DNA of 64,000 bases, from positions 744,001-808,000 of the forward strand of contig NEEC01000015.1 of assembly GCA_002189035.1 (NCBI GenBank), in the 5' to 3' direction. Within the stretch, counting starts at the first letter, position 1, and each line of letters starts with the position of its first letter. Origin of the DNA: Utricularia gibba (lineage: Eukaryota > Plantae > Magnoliophyta). Positions 1-13,812 of this stretch are shown in pieces. The notes beneath the pieces were generated by a model. The model worked only from the letters and a program-made list of their open reading frames with translations, ran no database searches and was not told where the DNA came from. The translations under genes were made by a program, and so were the position numbers.

Positions 1-203
1 CAAAACATATCTTACAAATAGATTGCGCTTTGTTTTCTAGGTATATTTTCCATAAAAAATCATTTATTGGCTGCGCTGGCATCACGGAATTTTTTTATTA
101 AGAATATTTTAAAGGACTTCATTTTATGACATTTTTCTTGTTTTCTAAGGAAATTATTTTGCCAAAAACAAAGGAGAAGTGAAGCTTCAAGTCAACCGAA
201 CAG

Positions 204-1871
204 ATGAGCTCGGCCGCTTCAATGTCCCAGCGACTTCAACGGCTCTCCCCTGTATGGAATTACCAAAAAGCCCTTGTCACTCCCCGTAGGTTTCCCCGTA
301 TCTTACCCATCGACGGCGTCCTCGGCCTAGGGTTTCTCGCCGCCTCGTCGCCCCCGCCTCAGCGGTCTACGTGTTCGAGAAAGGTTTGTGGCGGAAAGCC
401 GTTTCAGTTTTCGATGATGTCGAGCAGCAGGAGCAATGAAAGGCCGGTGGTGGAGTTTCGAATTTCAGATTCGAGTGTTTTAAAGATTCAGAAGGGGGAC
501 ATAACCCGGTGGTCCGTCGATGGTTCCTCCGACGCCATTGTAATACTCTTTGCGCTATTTCATCCTTGTTGCTGTTTTAAAATATGTAGAGAAGAAATAT
601 GGGAATTCTCGGATGCGTCGGTGTTGTTTCGGTTATTCGTGCTCCTTTTGATCGCATAATCTAGATTGAGGTCTTAAGCGAATCAAAATTAGATTTTTCA
701 GGTGTTGGCAAAGTTGATTGTTTCCTTATCATTCTTATCAATTGAATTTAAGGTAGGATATCATGTGTGACTGGTATCACTCCACCGTATTTTTCTGAAG
801 GAATTAATGCCTGGAAAATGATTTTTATCGTGTTTTCCCCATGAACATACACCCTTTACAATGGCGTCTAAATATGTTTCATTTGAGACATGCATAGGTG
901 AATCCAGCTAATAACCGGATGCTTGGTGGTGGTGGTGCTGATGGAGGTAGACCTAACTGCTGTGATAGTTTTTACTTCGGATTTTGCATCATCTTTTGTA
1001 AGATTTTAGAATGTTATGTATGCATCCTGCTGATTTCATTCTTTTTTCCGATTTATCGTGTGAAGCTATACATGATGCTGCTGGACCAGAACTAAAGGCT
1101 GCTTGCTTTGAGATCCCAGAAGTTAAGATTGGAGTTCGCTGCCCCACCGGAGAAGCAAGAATTACACCGTATGCACATTCTATGTTGATCATGGGATTCA
1201 ATTCTGTTCCTTTTTTTTAATCTAATGATCAAATCTGTAAGTTTATAGAGGCTTTGGATTGCCGGCTTCTCATGTTATTCATACTGTTGGGCCCATCTAC
1301 GACAGTGATAAGAACCCTGAAGCCTCTTTGAGGAATGCATACAGGTAACCATCTGCATCCACTGTATGTTTTTAAGGACTGTTGTTGGTGAAGATGCTGA
1401 TGTTATCTTCTTTTTCTTTCGTGGTATATATTACAGGAACAGCTTACTCGTTGCTAAAGACAATGGTATCCAGTACATTGCATTTACTGCCATATCATGC
1501 GGAGCATTTGGGTATGCTGATTGCCTACAGCTTATGGAATGATCATTTTCCATTTTCGAGGGTGCTTTGTTAGCGTAACACCCTGAATGCAGATATCCGT
1601 GCGACGAAGCTGCATCTGTGGCAATCTCAACAGTGCTGGAATTTTCGGCTGAAATATCTGAGGTACATTCTACAATCATATTCATACCTGGAACTACCTT
1701 TTGTGTATCATAAAGGTTGTGTTTCTTCGCCTTACTGGGACTTGTGCTATTTTAAACTCAGATTAGGCCCTGAAAGCTTCTTGTGATGTGCTGCAGGTTC
1801 ACTTTGTTTTGTTTAGTGATGCCATTTACGATGCGTGGGTGGAGAAAGCCAGTGAGCTCCTGCAAAATTGA
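204..1871 (+). CDS. Macro-domain (Appr-1''-p processing / ADP-ribose hydrolase family) protein, 7 exons
   Basis: Spliced exons give LKIQKGDITRWSVDGSSDAIV|VNPANNRMLGGGGADG, AAGPELKAAC..CPTGEARIT, VIHTVGPIY and IAFTAISCGAFGYP. Exon 1 is 204-539 (GT at 540), exon 2 starts at 898, and the TGA is at 1869-1871. Confidence 0.9.
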
Positions 1872-2123
1872 TGCATCTTCCTATGCTGAACCTGCCACTG
1901 TCCTAACTTCAAGGGAAGCAGTACGTAGCTTGACAAGCATACTATCAATAATGTGTGGGATCTTCTACTGTTGTGTTTGAAACAGGTGCAAGTGGCTTCA
2001 CATATCGATAATGAGGAACAACGCCGTTTATTCGGCCAACAGCAACACGGCAAACGTCTTAAAAAGCACCTGACACAGCAACCTAAACACAATCATGTCG
2101 CATGGTCTTCCGCAGGTTCATTC

Positions 2124-4988
2124 TCATGTGGAAGCTAGATTCTGTCGAGAGCCATGATACTTCAAGGTCGGAGTCAAAACGTACATTTCACAGCCATGAC
2201 CCTCGACATGGGCAGTGAAGGAATCCACAGCATTGAGTGAAACGTATTGATGCTGCAATCGAGAAGATGCAGTCATAAAAAATGTAGAGGATGAAATGGT
2301 GAAGTTTTACTCTGAGAACGAGAAATCAACCTTCCACAGGTCTTTGACGGAGACACTGGTCTGAGATTGAAGTCCTAGAACACTCCACCGAGCGGTTATG
2401 TTCGCAGTTTCGGTGCACCTGTTCCACAGAACAACAGCAACCCGGTTCCCCGTGATGGGACCAGCCCAGACCTGAAAGTCAGCACCTTTTTGGCTAAATG
2501 GATAGCACAGGGGGGAAGAAGAGGAAGAGGGATGCCAGGAAAGATCAAGCAAACGAACTTGATAACAGCCACCCGGCCCGGATGTCGACACTTTCCTTCC
2601 TTGGACCCCAAGAGCATCTGCAATCAAAGAGTTGGCGTTTAGCAGTAAAATTGAGCAACTCCCAAGCAGAGAAGAAGTCAATTAGCCTTCCTTCCACCTT
2701 GGTTTACTGCAATAACCTCCTCATTGCTTATGATCTCGAACGTCTCTGCAGTCATGTTCCGGATGTCGCATCCAATGAGGAGGGGTGCCTGCAAGTTCTT
2801 GCACAAAGTGTCTCGTGCCTGTGGTGATTTAAGAACAAAAGAATAGCTGATGAAGGAAGCCAACTTCCACCTTCATCAATGCCCAGATGCTGAAATGTGA
2901 TCTATACTCCTGGTATGTCATGCCTCCGTTGCCGACTTCCAGCATATCAGGATCTGCAGTAATCAAACAAAGATTGCAGCAGATCCCAAACCAGGCCAAA
3001 GATGAGCGTTTCACTACAATGAAACTGCTACTCTTCTTACCATTCCACCCACCAGGGCCTGCGTAGGCCGCCCATTCATTGTTCATGTCTGCTATAGCAG
3101 TCATGCTACACACACAGATGTTCAGTCAGTTGTTCCTTAATACAGCACAGCTTGGATGAAAACGCACCTTTCCCAGTTATCCTTAATGTCATCCGTCGTC
3201 CGCCAACTGTTTCCGACGCTACCTGCCCATAATGCTGGATCATCCCTTCCCCTGCAAAGGCATATATCATGTCACAATGTGTTCCAAATGTGTTTCGAGA
3301 CGAAAAACAGAAGAGGCTGACCATTCGCAGAGAGAGAAAAATATTGTACGGCCAGTGGCATTCAGGGCATCACGCATTGGTGGATATCTGTAAAACTGGT
3401 TTCATGATCAGACAAGAGATCTTAACAGTTCAGAATCAAACTAACACGAGCAGCACAGAACATGCCTTTCTCGTGGGTCGATGCCCAGATTGAAGCAATT
3501 GTCGTACTTCAAGTAATCAATGCCCTGTAAGAGAGAAAAACAGGCAATGTAAGATTGCAAAAGGGGTCAACTCAAAACCATCAATGAAGCAGAAACCGAA
3601 GTTATGTTACCCAAGATGCAAAGATTTTGGCATCATTGGCCTCGTAGAAGAGTGATCCGGGCCGCACTTGGCACGTAAACGCCCTGCAATGTCGCTCGTG
3701 CAAATGGAAACTTTATTCATTCTACTCCAAGTAGTGTCTAGATCACAGTAACTCATCTCACCCTGCGTCTCCATAGATTCCCAGCTTCAGGCCTTTGGAG
3801 TGTACATAATCAGCAAGGGCCTTGATCCCAGATGGAAATGTTTTCGAATCAGGAACCAGGTGATCCTGAAAAAAAAATAGAAATGACCCGCCTGCCACGC
3901 TTTGATAAGCAGAAATGCCACATCTCAGATAAGATCACAGAAAGAAGAACCTTTGGATTCCGGTACAGCTCCGACCAGCAGTCATCTGCAACTCCACCAT
4001 ACATGAAAAATGAGATCATGGAAGCTCACAGTATGATATCGGAGTAGGTTGCTTGCTTACCAATGTTCACATAGTTATACCCTAGCTTTGCCAAGCCGGT
4101 GGAAACCAGAGCATCAGCTGATCACAAAATGAAATGGACTTCATTTTTTTATAGTATACTCAAGTATTCTTTCTTCAGCCAGGAAAACTTACACGAGACC
4201 AGGAACTCTCTTCCGTAATGCAGTTATATAATACGTCTCAGATAATTTAAGCAAGAGAGGGTTACAATAAACCAAACAAAGAGAAAGAACAAGCATGGCC
4301 TCCTATTGCATTGAGACTGTCTCAATGACATTAACAAAGATGATGAAGCCATACCAGTTTCGCGGATAACCGTTTCATTGATGCCGCACGCAAAAAAGTT
4401 CCAGCTATTCCATCTGCACCACCACACATCAAAAAGCTCAACCATGCAAAATGTAATGAACGATGCGTTTGTTTGCTTTTTCGTGCAACTTTTCATGGCA
4501 AATTTAGCGTTCAAAACCAAGTAAATCTCTTTCAGAGCGAGCTCAAACGCTTTCCATAATATTATATTCAACCATGAATCTTACGCTTGAATTGGTAGAT
4601 ATTAAAACCAACATTACAAATCTAAAACAAGGGTAACATAATACAAAGATATCCGTCTGATCGATAGTAGTTACGAACACAATGCCGAGGTTATTAGCTG
4701 GAAAAGAAGCAATAGCAACGAAAGGGGACAAAATGTGAAATTCAAATTGAGCTATGAAACGACATATTCACAGTACCCCATCTGAGGAGTCGCAGCCAAC
4801 CCATTGCTTAGCTGAAAAATCCCATACTTGGAAGTATCAAAGATATCGTTGAGAGGCTGCTCTGCGCCGCTCAAATAGGGGTGCAGAGGCAGCTCTCCAG
4901 CGCGCACTCCGGCTGAAAGGAGTTGTGCACAAACAAATGCTGCTACAAACAAGCATCCAATAGCATATCCTTCACTAATTTCCGCCAT
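2124..4988 (-). CDS. AGAL3: Alpha-galactosidase (GH27), AGAL3-like, multi-exon
   Basis: Signal-peptide exon ending [12 protein letters not shown], plus [59 protein letters not shown] and [12 protein letters not shown] at 4988, stop at 2126-2124. Confidence 0.9.
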
Positions 4989-7133
4989 TGATGAACTCAA
5001 CACTCAAATTTGGTTCCTTTCTTCCCCGCCGTGAAGTGTATCATTAGGGCACTTGATTTATCGATACCCTTTTGGACGAACAATCGACAAAAGTTTGCAA
5101 CCCAGTTCGGACCCACTTGTTTGCTGGTCAGTGAGCAATTTTTGACCGGTGATCTTGGACGTCGTGGCGAACCAGCCGTCCGTCCGTTCGTTCGCGTCCC
5201 ACTAAGAAGTCCCACTGTTAACACAAAATCCGTGATCCCAGAACTGTCCCGCGGTCCGAAAGTTGATTCAAAACCCTAACAATCCCCCAAGTCTTCACTT
5301 TTAGGAGCTTTACGCAGCACAAATATTGAAATTCAAACAACGCAAGATTCAGTGAAAGCGAATAACCGCTGCGTCATGGCGGTTTGCCCTAAGGGGTTCA
5401 ATAATACTCAATAATACACTGAAATTACCCTCACAAAAGAGGTATATTAAATTAGTTTTGAAAATTGATAAATTGGGTTAAAATATTAAAATTAATATTA
5501 ATTAAAAAGTGGGCTGGCCCACTTAAGATAAGGATCTTGAATGCTGCCGAAAGCTCACTGGGGGCTTCGCTAGCTGGCATTTTGGAACGTGTAATAAGCA
5601 TCTTACCCTTTCTTTTCAATTTTGCTTCAAAAAAATAAAATAAATATAATTGACACAATAATTTCATGTAAAAAAAATATATTATTTCTATTTTTGAGAG
5701 GGGTTGGTTCCCCGTCATCATTCTTCTCGTGCACCATTTATGAAGAACCGCCTTTTCATGATTCTATTACATGTTCTAGAAAACTTGCCATTTTTTCACA
5801 TGCATGTGATAATATTGATTGATTTTGGATTTTATTACATGTTCATATTGGATTTTATTTTCAAATTTTTATCATTTAGAATTAGAAATATGATCATCCG
5901 TACATTTTATGCCACAAATTAAGATAAAAAAATACACGATGAATGACCATATTTTTCACATATATGAATTATATTTCTAAATGGCCCGCATCCACCATCG
6001 CCTAAACACATGTATTAGAAATGTGGTCATCCTCTTTAATTATGTGATAAAATTAGTCACATTTAATTAAAAAAATTATCTAAGTACGTGAAATATAATG
6101 AGATGATAATCACATTTGTAAATGACACATAACAACACAGTCAGTTTGTTGACCATGGTCAAAACCCAGTGGTGCTGATTGGACAATTCCCAGAAACCAT
6201 CGGACCACGGTCACCCGGTTGTCCTAAAATTGAAATTGATGGACGGCATGAGATAAAAGGGTCTAATTTTAAAAAAGCGCTTGAAAATCACAATAATGAC
6301 ATGAAATAAAAGCACCTAAAACGGAAAATGCCACCCAATATCGGGATTTAATATTTATTATAAAATCAGGCATTGAAAATCTAGTATGAAAAAGCTTTAG
6401 GGTCTAAAGGGAATTTTATATTAATATGGGAAAACTAGGATATTGATAATATATAGTACCCAAGCTATTAATTTTTTTTATTGTGGGAAAAAAAAATAAT
6501 GCGTGTCTTGTAGCTGTGCCGGAAAAGCATAGGCTATACTACAGGAAATGGATGTAGGGTTTTAATTTCGTGGGCTCAAAAGTTGGTGGAAATTGATCAT
6601 GCTCACAATTGTGCCCAAATCTAAGGATCCAAACCCTAGCGCGGGGCCGAAATATAATTATAAATAAATTTTGTGGGGGTATTTTGAAAAAAGAGGATTG
6701 TTTTTAAAATATGTCTCTACCATAGCAAAATGTGTAATTAATGTGAAACATGGAAAGAAGATGTCCATGTACCAAGTTCCTGTCTTGTTCCCTGAAATAT
6801 AATAAAAAAATAATTGTGGTGTATTAGGGATTTAAATGCCATGAATAAGAGAATTCAAAACAAAAAAATAATGTAAAATTAAATTCCTAAAATCCAATGC
6901 ATGTGGCTTTGAGAAATTTAGTGAATGAGGTAAGTGAAAGATGTGTGTGTTTTTTTTGTTATTGTTTCTTTATTTATAGGCTCAATATTTTATTGCACCA
7001 TGAGATATAATTGTCAGTCTAGTAAATGCTAAAAAAATCATGATGTCTCCACAAGGAAGAGGCTGGAGCTGCTTCACTCGTGCTGCTAGTCTTAGCTGCT
7101 TGCTTGCTTGATTTCTTGCTCCTCTTTTAAGGT

Positions 7134-10100
7134 ATGGATCTTGGGCAAGGCAAATGCTGGAAGAATAACACGAAGGTTGGGCGGTTTCAATTGTTGGGAT
7201 TTTGTGGGTTTCTTGAATTCTTGAATCATGTGTTTCTGGGTTTCTGTGTCTGTAATTTCAGAAGGACTCTTGGAGAGTTACGTTGGCTTTGGCTTACCAG
7301 AGCCTTGGAGTGGTGTATGGAGACCTCGGCATTTCGCCTCTTTATGTTTACAGATCTACATTTGCAGAAGATATTCATCATTCCGAAACCAATGAAGAGA
7401 TATTTGGAGTCCTTTCCTTTGTGTTTTGGACACTCACACTTGTGCCTCTGTTCAAGTACGTCTTCATTGTTCTTCGAGCAGATGATAATGGGGAAGGTGA
7501 TGAATCAAATGACCAGTTGTTGTTCTTTGAGGTTTCGTGGAGAATTCCCAATAAGAATTGATGTTTTGTTAAGACTCTTGCATAATAGGCTCATTTCTTT
7601 AGTCTGAGCACTCGTTTCTTGCAGGTGGGACATTTGCTCTCTATTCCCTCATTTGCAGACATGCCAAAGTTAGTCTTCTTCCCAGTACTCAAGTTGCCGA
7701 TGAGGCGCTTTCGACGTATAAACTAGAGCCCTTGCCTGGGATGAAGAGCAACTCCAAGGTGAAGATGGTGCTGGAGAATCACAAGTTTTTGCATACTGCG
7801 TTGTTGCTGTTGGTTCTCTTAGGAACTTGTATGGTCATTGGAGACGGACTGCTAACTCCTGCAATATCTGGTAACTAATCTCTTTACCTCTTACTATATA
7901 TTGCCTTACAGTTTTTACTCTACAAAAATGGAGTTGCACATGATGCATTCTTGCAGTCTTCTCTGCTGTCTCTGGGCTTGAGTTATCAATGTCAAAGGAT
8001 CACCACCAATGTAAGATCATATACACCCAAAGCTTCACGGTATAACCTTGATTTGAGCCATTCTTACAACCAATATTTGGATTTTAGATGCTGTGGTTCC
8101 AATCACTTGCTTCATACTAGTCTGCCTATTCGCCTTACAACACTATGGTACACACCGGATCGGCTCTTGCTTCGCACCTATAGTGTTCACATGGTTGTTG
8201 ACAATCAGTGGTCTGGGACTGTACAACGTTTTCAAATGGAACCCCCACATTTACAGAGCTCTCTCCCCTGCTTACATGTTCACCTTCCTGAAGAAAACCA
8301 GGAAGGGTGGCTGGATGTCTCTGGGTGGCATCCTTCTGTGCATAACTGGTAAAGAAGCTCCTGAGTTAGATTCAAGGAAATTTTCCAAAAGCACGATTGC
8401 AAATTGACTCTGTTCTTGTATCTCAGGCTCTGAGGCGATGTTTGCTGATCTTGGTCATTTTTCCTATGCTGCAATTCAGGTTACAATGCAATTTTCGTTG
8501 TGTTGTTTATGAAGAAGGCGAAGTTGAACTTTTCTTCATTCTGCTGCAGATTGCTTTCACTTTTATGGTCTATCCTGCACTGATATTAGCATACATGGGA
8601 CAAGCTGCTTACTTATCACAGCATCATGACATGATCCAGAGCATTGGGTTCTATGTTTCAGTCCCAGGCAAGTTTTCATTCATGAAACAACTTAGTTGTT
8701 CATGCATTTTTAATGCCGATTCTTCGACAGAATCCGTAAGATGGCCGGTCCTCGTGGTTGCCATACTTGCTTCAGTTGTTGGGAGCCAAGCAATCATAAG
8801 TGGTACTTTCTCAATTATCAACCAGAGCCAGTCCCTAGGCTGCTTCCCAAGAGTGAAGGTGATTCACACTAATGAAAAGATCCATGGCCAGATATACATT
8901 CCAGAGATCAACTGGCTGCTGATGATCCTCTGCATCGCCGTAACGATCGGATTCCGAGATGTTAAGCACCTGGGAAATGCATCTGGTAAGATTTCTATCA
9001 AAAGCTACAAACAGCAGCTGTCTAGTGATAAGAAAATGTTGAATTTCTGTGATTGTTCCTGAGAAAACTATGAATTTAGGTGATTCCATTGATATGCACT
9101 GCAGGGTTGGCTGTAATGGCAGTGATGATGGTGACAACATGTCTAACTTCACTGGTGATCATCCTCTGTTGGCACAAACCGCCATTGCTGGCATTGTGCT
9201 TCTTCCTCTTCTTTGGTTCGATTGAGCTGCTCTACTTCTCGGCTTCTGTGACCAAGTTCAGGGATGGAGCATGGCTTCCGATCCTCCTCGCCCTCTTCCT
9301 GGTCACCGTGATGTTCACATGGCACTATGCCACCATCAAGAAGTACGAATACGACCTCCACAACAAGCTCTCTCTGGAATGGCTCCTGGCCTTGGGCCCA
9401 AGTCTGGGAATTGCTCGAGTCCCGGGATAGGCCTTGTCTTCACTGAACTTACCTCTGGTATTCCGGCGAACTTTTCCCGGTTTGTTACCAATCTTCCGGC
9501 CTTCCACCGCGTCCTCGTCTTCGTCTGCATCAAATACGTCCCCGTTCCGTTCGTTCCTCCGGCAGAGAGGTACCTCGTCGGCCGCGTCGGACCGGCGTCT
9601 CATCGATCGTACAGATGCATCGTGAGATACGGTTACAGAGATGTTCACCAGGATGTGGATTCGTTTGAAAACGAGCTGGTCACCAAGTTGGTGGATTTTA
9701 TTCACTACGACTGGAGTAGTAAAACTCCGAACGAGGATACCGACGGTGACCACAACGGATCCCGATCACGTTCCGGCGAATGCAGGCTTGCCGTGATCGG
9801 AACGGTGACCTTCTCCGGTAGCAACTTGGAGCCATCGAGCGTGTCTGACGGCGTTTCTTCCGTGGTAAGCCTAAACGACGTCGTGGAAAGTGATCGGAGG
9901 AACCGATTCTCCGTGGATGAGGAGCAAGAAGAGCTCCGGGATCTGCTCGAGGCTCGGCAGGCGGGAACGGCGTTCGTCGTCGGGCACTCGCAAATGCGCG
10001 CCAAGTGCGGGTCCTCCTTTCTGAAGAGAACCGCAATTGATTTCGGGTACAATTTTCTCAGGCGGAACTGCCGCGGTGCCGATGTGGCACTTAAAGTGCC

Positions 10101-10143
10101 GCCGGCGTCGCTGCTTGAAGTCGGAATGGTTTATGTTGTCTGA
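7134..10143 (+). CDS. KUP2: KT/HAK/KUP potassium transporter, KUP2-like; apparent 1-bp frameshift at ~9421-9426
   Basis: [55 protein letters not shown] and C-terminal [23 protein letters not shown] runs into TAG while [11 protein letters not shown] continues in the adjacent frame. Confidence 0.92.
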
Positions 10144-10459
10144 ACAAAAAGTAAAATCCAAACGCCATTGTTTATTATTAATTCCCACGCCGTCTGCATC
10201 TTAATTATCATTATTACATTGCAATGCAAAAAACACGTGGCAATTAAACTAATTGAACCCCTTGAAAAACCATTTAATTACATTTTGTCGGCTTTCGCCA
10301 GGTGGCAGTAGCGGGACCCACGAGGAGCGTTTATAGACTTGTGAATGGGATTTCACAGTCCGTCTCCTTATCCTATCTCTGTACTTCTTTCGATTCCTTC
10401 GTTGTGTAATTTTGATCGGAGTATTGCTCTTTCGGCGGTGAACGTCCTCCTACGTGGAG

Positions 10460-12387
10460 ATGGCTTGCATTAACTTCAGTTCGGCTTCTAGCATTTCTAC
10501 GAGCATCAACCTCCCCATCTTCGCCCAAATCAAAGACCTAAATTCCTCTGCTCTCTTGCAGGTACTGCTCTTTCTTTACTAATGGACCCAAAAAAAATTA
10601 GTCTTGGGTGGATGGGAGAAGAAATGTTGAGACCCAAGAAGTTGTTAATCTGGGTGAACAGCATTTTTTAGGATCGGTCTTCAGTGAGCGCATAATGTGG
10701 GTTTCCGAGATTCAGCTCTGTTGCTTTTTTCGGATCACGGATTCTTTTTTTTTAATGATTTGTGTCTTTTGCCAAATGGGGTGGGATGTCTAAAAAATCT
10801 AGTTTAATTGGACCAAAGAATCAGGGCCTTTGTCGATTAGAGAACTCACCTCCTGTATAATTTTCCTACCTTGTTTTAGGGGCTGTTGCAGAGCCAACAA
10901 AGAGTTTAAATGTTACAGAGCCTCTGCTACTGAATGCTGCAAGAGGAAAAGAAGTAGATAGGCCTCCTGTTTGGCTTATGAGACAAGCCGGGAGGTACAT
11001 GAAGGCAGGTTTATATTTGCTTCATTTAAACAGCCTCATTCCAACTTACTTCTATTGGGATTGTTGTATGGGATCCTGAACCTGCACTAGTTTAACTTTT
11101 CTCAATAGAGTTACCAAAATCTATGCGAGAAGTATCCGTCATTCCGAGAAAGATCTGAAAATGTGGATCTTGTGGTAGAAATCTCTCTTCAACCATGGAA
11201 AGTGTTCAAACCTGATGGCGTAAGATATTTGCTTCCTCTGTGACACTACCTTTGAATGATCATCAGACACAAATCTTGGTTCTGTTTCTGGCATTTCAGG
11301 TTATTTTGTTTTCAGATATTCTTACCCCACTCCCTGGTATGAACATACCTTTTGACATTGTAAAAGGAAAGGGTCCTATTATTTTTGATCCGATCAGCTC
11401 ATTTGCTGATGTTGAGGATGTGAGAGAGTTCAGCCCCGACACTTCGGTTCCATATGTCGGGGAAGCGTTAACAATACTGCGGAAGGAGGTGTGCATTAGT
11501 CTCTCACGTTTCTCATTTTTCTTTCTATCTGATTTCTTAGATGACCAACGACCTTGCAGGTTAACAATGAAGCCGCAGTGCTAGGCTTCGTTGGAGCTCC
11601 ATTTACATTGGCCTCCTATGTAGTAGAAGGAGGCTCCTCAAAGCACTTCACGAAAATCAAAAGAATGGCTTTCTCTGAACCAAAGGTAAGTTGTTTGTCT
11701 CGTAGCAATGCAAGAATCAGACTTTTTTTTTAAGGTTCTTGCTTTTCCAATAAGGCTTCACAGCAGTGACTGTTTCTCTTTTGATCGTGCCTTTTTCCGT
11801 TGCGAATGTCGTCTTGTGAACCAAACTAGAGTCGACAATGAATCCTTCCCCTTGCCCCTTCTCTCTTCCAGGTCCTCCATGCACTCCTTGGCAAGTTCGC
11901 AACATCCATGGCGAGATACATTCAGTACCAAGCAGATAAGGGAGCTCAAGCCGTTCAGATTTTCGACTCATGGGCGACCGAGCTCAGCCCCATTGACTTC
12001 GAAGAGTTCAGTCTCCCCTACCTGAAACAAATAGTCGACACAGTGAAACAGACGCACCCATTTCTCCCACTGATCCTCTACGCCAGCGGCTCCGGCGGCC
12101 TGATCGAGAGGCTACCATTAACCGGAGTCGACGTCATCAGTCTGGATTGGACCGTAGACATGGCCGAGGGAAGACGTCGCCTCGGGCCGGAGGTAGCGGT
12201 CCAAGGCAACATCGACCCCGGCGTGCTCTTCGGCTCAAAAGAGTTCATCACCGAGAGAATACATGACACTGTCAAAAAAGCAGGGAAAGGGAAGCACATT
12301 CTGAATCTCGGCCATGGGATAGTCGTAGGCACCCCAGAAGAGAACGTTGCTCATTTCTTCGAGGTTGCTAAAGGAATCAGGTACTGA
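10460..12387 (+). CDS. HEME2: Plastid uroporphyrinogen decarboxylase; apparent 1-bp frameshift at 10513-10516; one GC-AG intron
   Basis: [48 protein letters not shown] and [18 protein letters not shown]. The transit-peptide exon needs one extra base to join exon 2 in frame. Confidence 0.93.
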
Positions 12388-13812
12388 TCACTGAGATCCT
12401 CTTCATTTTTCTGCATATTACTGCTTCATACGCAAACCTGATGCATTGCGACTCACTGATTCATTACAGTTTGTGTCCAGTTCTTTTTCTTTTTCTTGTT
12501 TTTTTTTTTCTAATTATTGCAACTATTTATTGTCGTTAATAAAATTATTTATTTTTTCCATCTTAATTAAATTCAGTTTTGAATTATAATAAGGGATTTT
12601 TATTACAATAATTACCAAATAAGATTTATTAAAATCATCCTTGCACTTTTAGACTATGTTTTGACTTTTGCATACACTTGCAAAATAAAATTTCCAAAAT
12701 GAGAATAAAAACGAAAATTGAGTTTGATGTCAAATGAAAAAACATGTTTTGCTAAAAAATAAAAAAATAAGTTATAATAATATTAGATTTTTACATATTT
12801 TGTATATTTAAATAAAAAAACAGAATTTAAACGAATAAAAATTTTAAATTAATATAAAATATCAACTTTAATTTTAGTAACATATTAAAATATATACATC
12901 TAATAAAAGATAGCTATACATTTTGTATTTAAATTTTCAACTTGTTTCATATCATAACATCATCATGTCTCTACAAATCTTATTTTGAAACATCTTTATA
13001 AAAATGTCAGTTATCATTTTCAAACCTGCAATAAAAATAAAATGTTTCATTTATTCTCATTTTATGCAATATATAATATGGATAATTATAATTCTAATTA
13101 TTCATAATTAATTTTGAAATGTTGATACACAAAAATGAGGATGTTAGACTCATTCTCCATTCTATTTTATTTGCAGATTTATTAACCTCCAGAGAAAAAA
13201 TGTAAATGAAATAAAATAAATAAAAAATGAGCGAACATTGATGAGGCGGGGACCAGCCTTGTGAAAAGATTAATGGAGGGCTGAAGGCGACACTTGCTTC
13301 TTCCCTGCGATGTCCATTTCATTTTTTCAAGGAGCCAGCGGTCACCACCCACCCGTGGTAAAAACTGTCGGTTAAATCTTCTTCAGTGGGCTGTTAATTC
13401 TCTGGAGAGGCACATCGGACGCCTCTCTCAGGGAACATATTGCCGAAAGCTACGGTTTATGACATACGAGGATGGTACCACGGCTGTTTGGGGTAAGAAT
13501 CCGACCGACCAACTTCCACTCGCCTTCTGAAACACACTGTTTTTTTAATAATGTCTCTCGTGGTTATCCTCGTTTCATGCTTATCTCAGGAGACCATGAA
13601 GGTAATAAAAAGCTTCTGCGAAATGGGGTTCACTGATAATACTACTACTACTGCCAGAAGGGTTTTTTATTGACCTTTTAATGTTCTGTGCATTAGTTGC
13701 CAGCATCGCCAACCACACTAATAAATATTCACTGCAGTTCCCACAGGGAGACTCATCCAGACAGCAGCAGAGGTACGCATGGATGACGCCCCCCTGCCCC
13801 GCACATATCCTT

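Noticed and set aside
1871-2124. Convergent macro-domain and alpha-galactosidase 3' ends as a cis-antisense pair
   Set aside because: Short convergent spacing is common in compact plant genomes; overlap cannot be shown without transcript ends.
9421-9430. KUP2 (and HEME2, kinase, CCR3) as pseudogenes
   Set aside because: Each has only a single-base loss in a G/C run with otherwise intact conserved sequence; systematic assembly error is the simpler explanation.
13240-13800. GC-richer island with a 78-aa ORF (13294-13530)
   Set aside because: Non-ATG start and no recognisable motif in any frame; probably 3' UTR or intergenic sequence.
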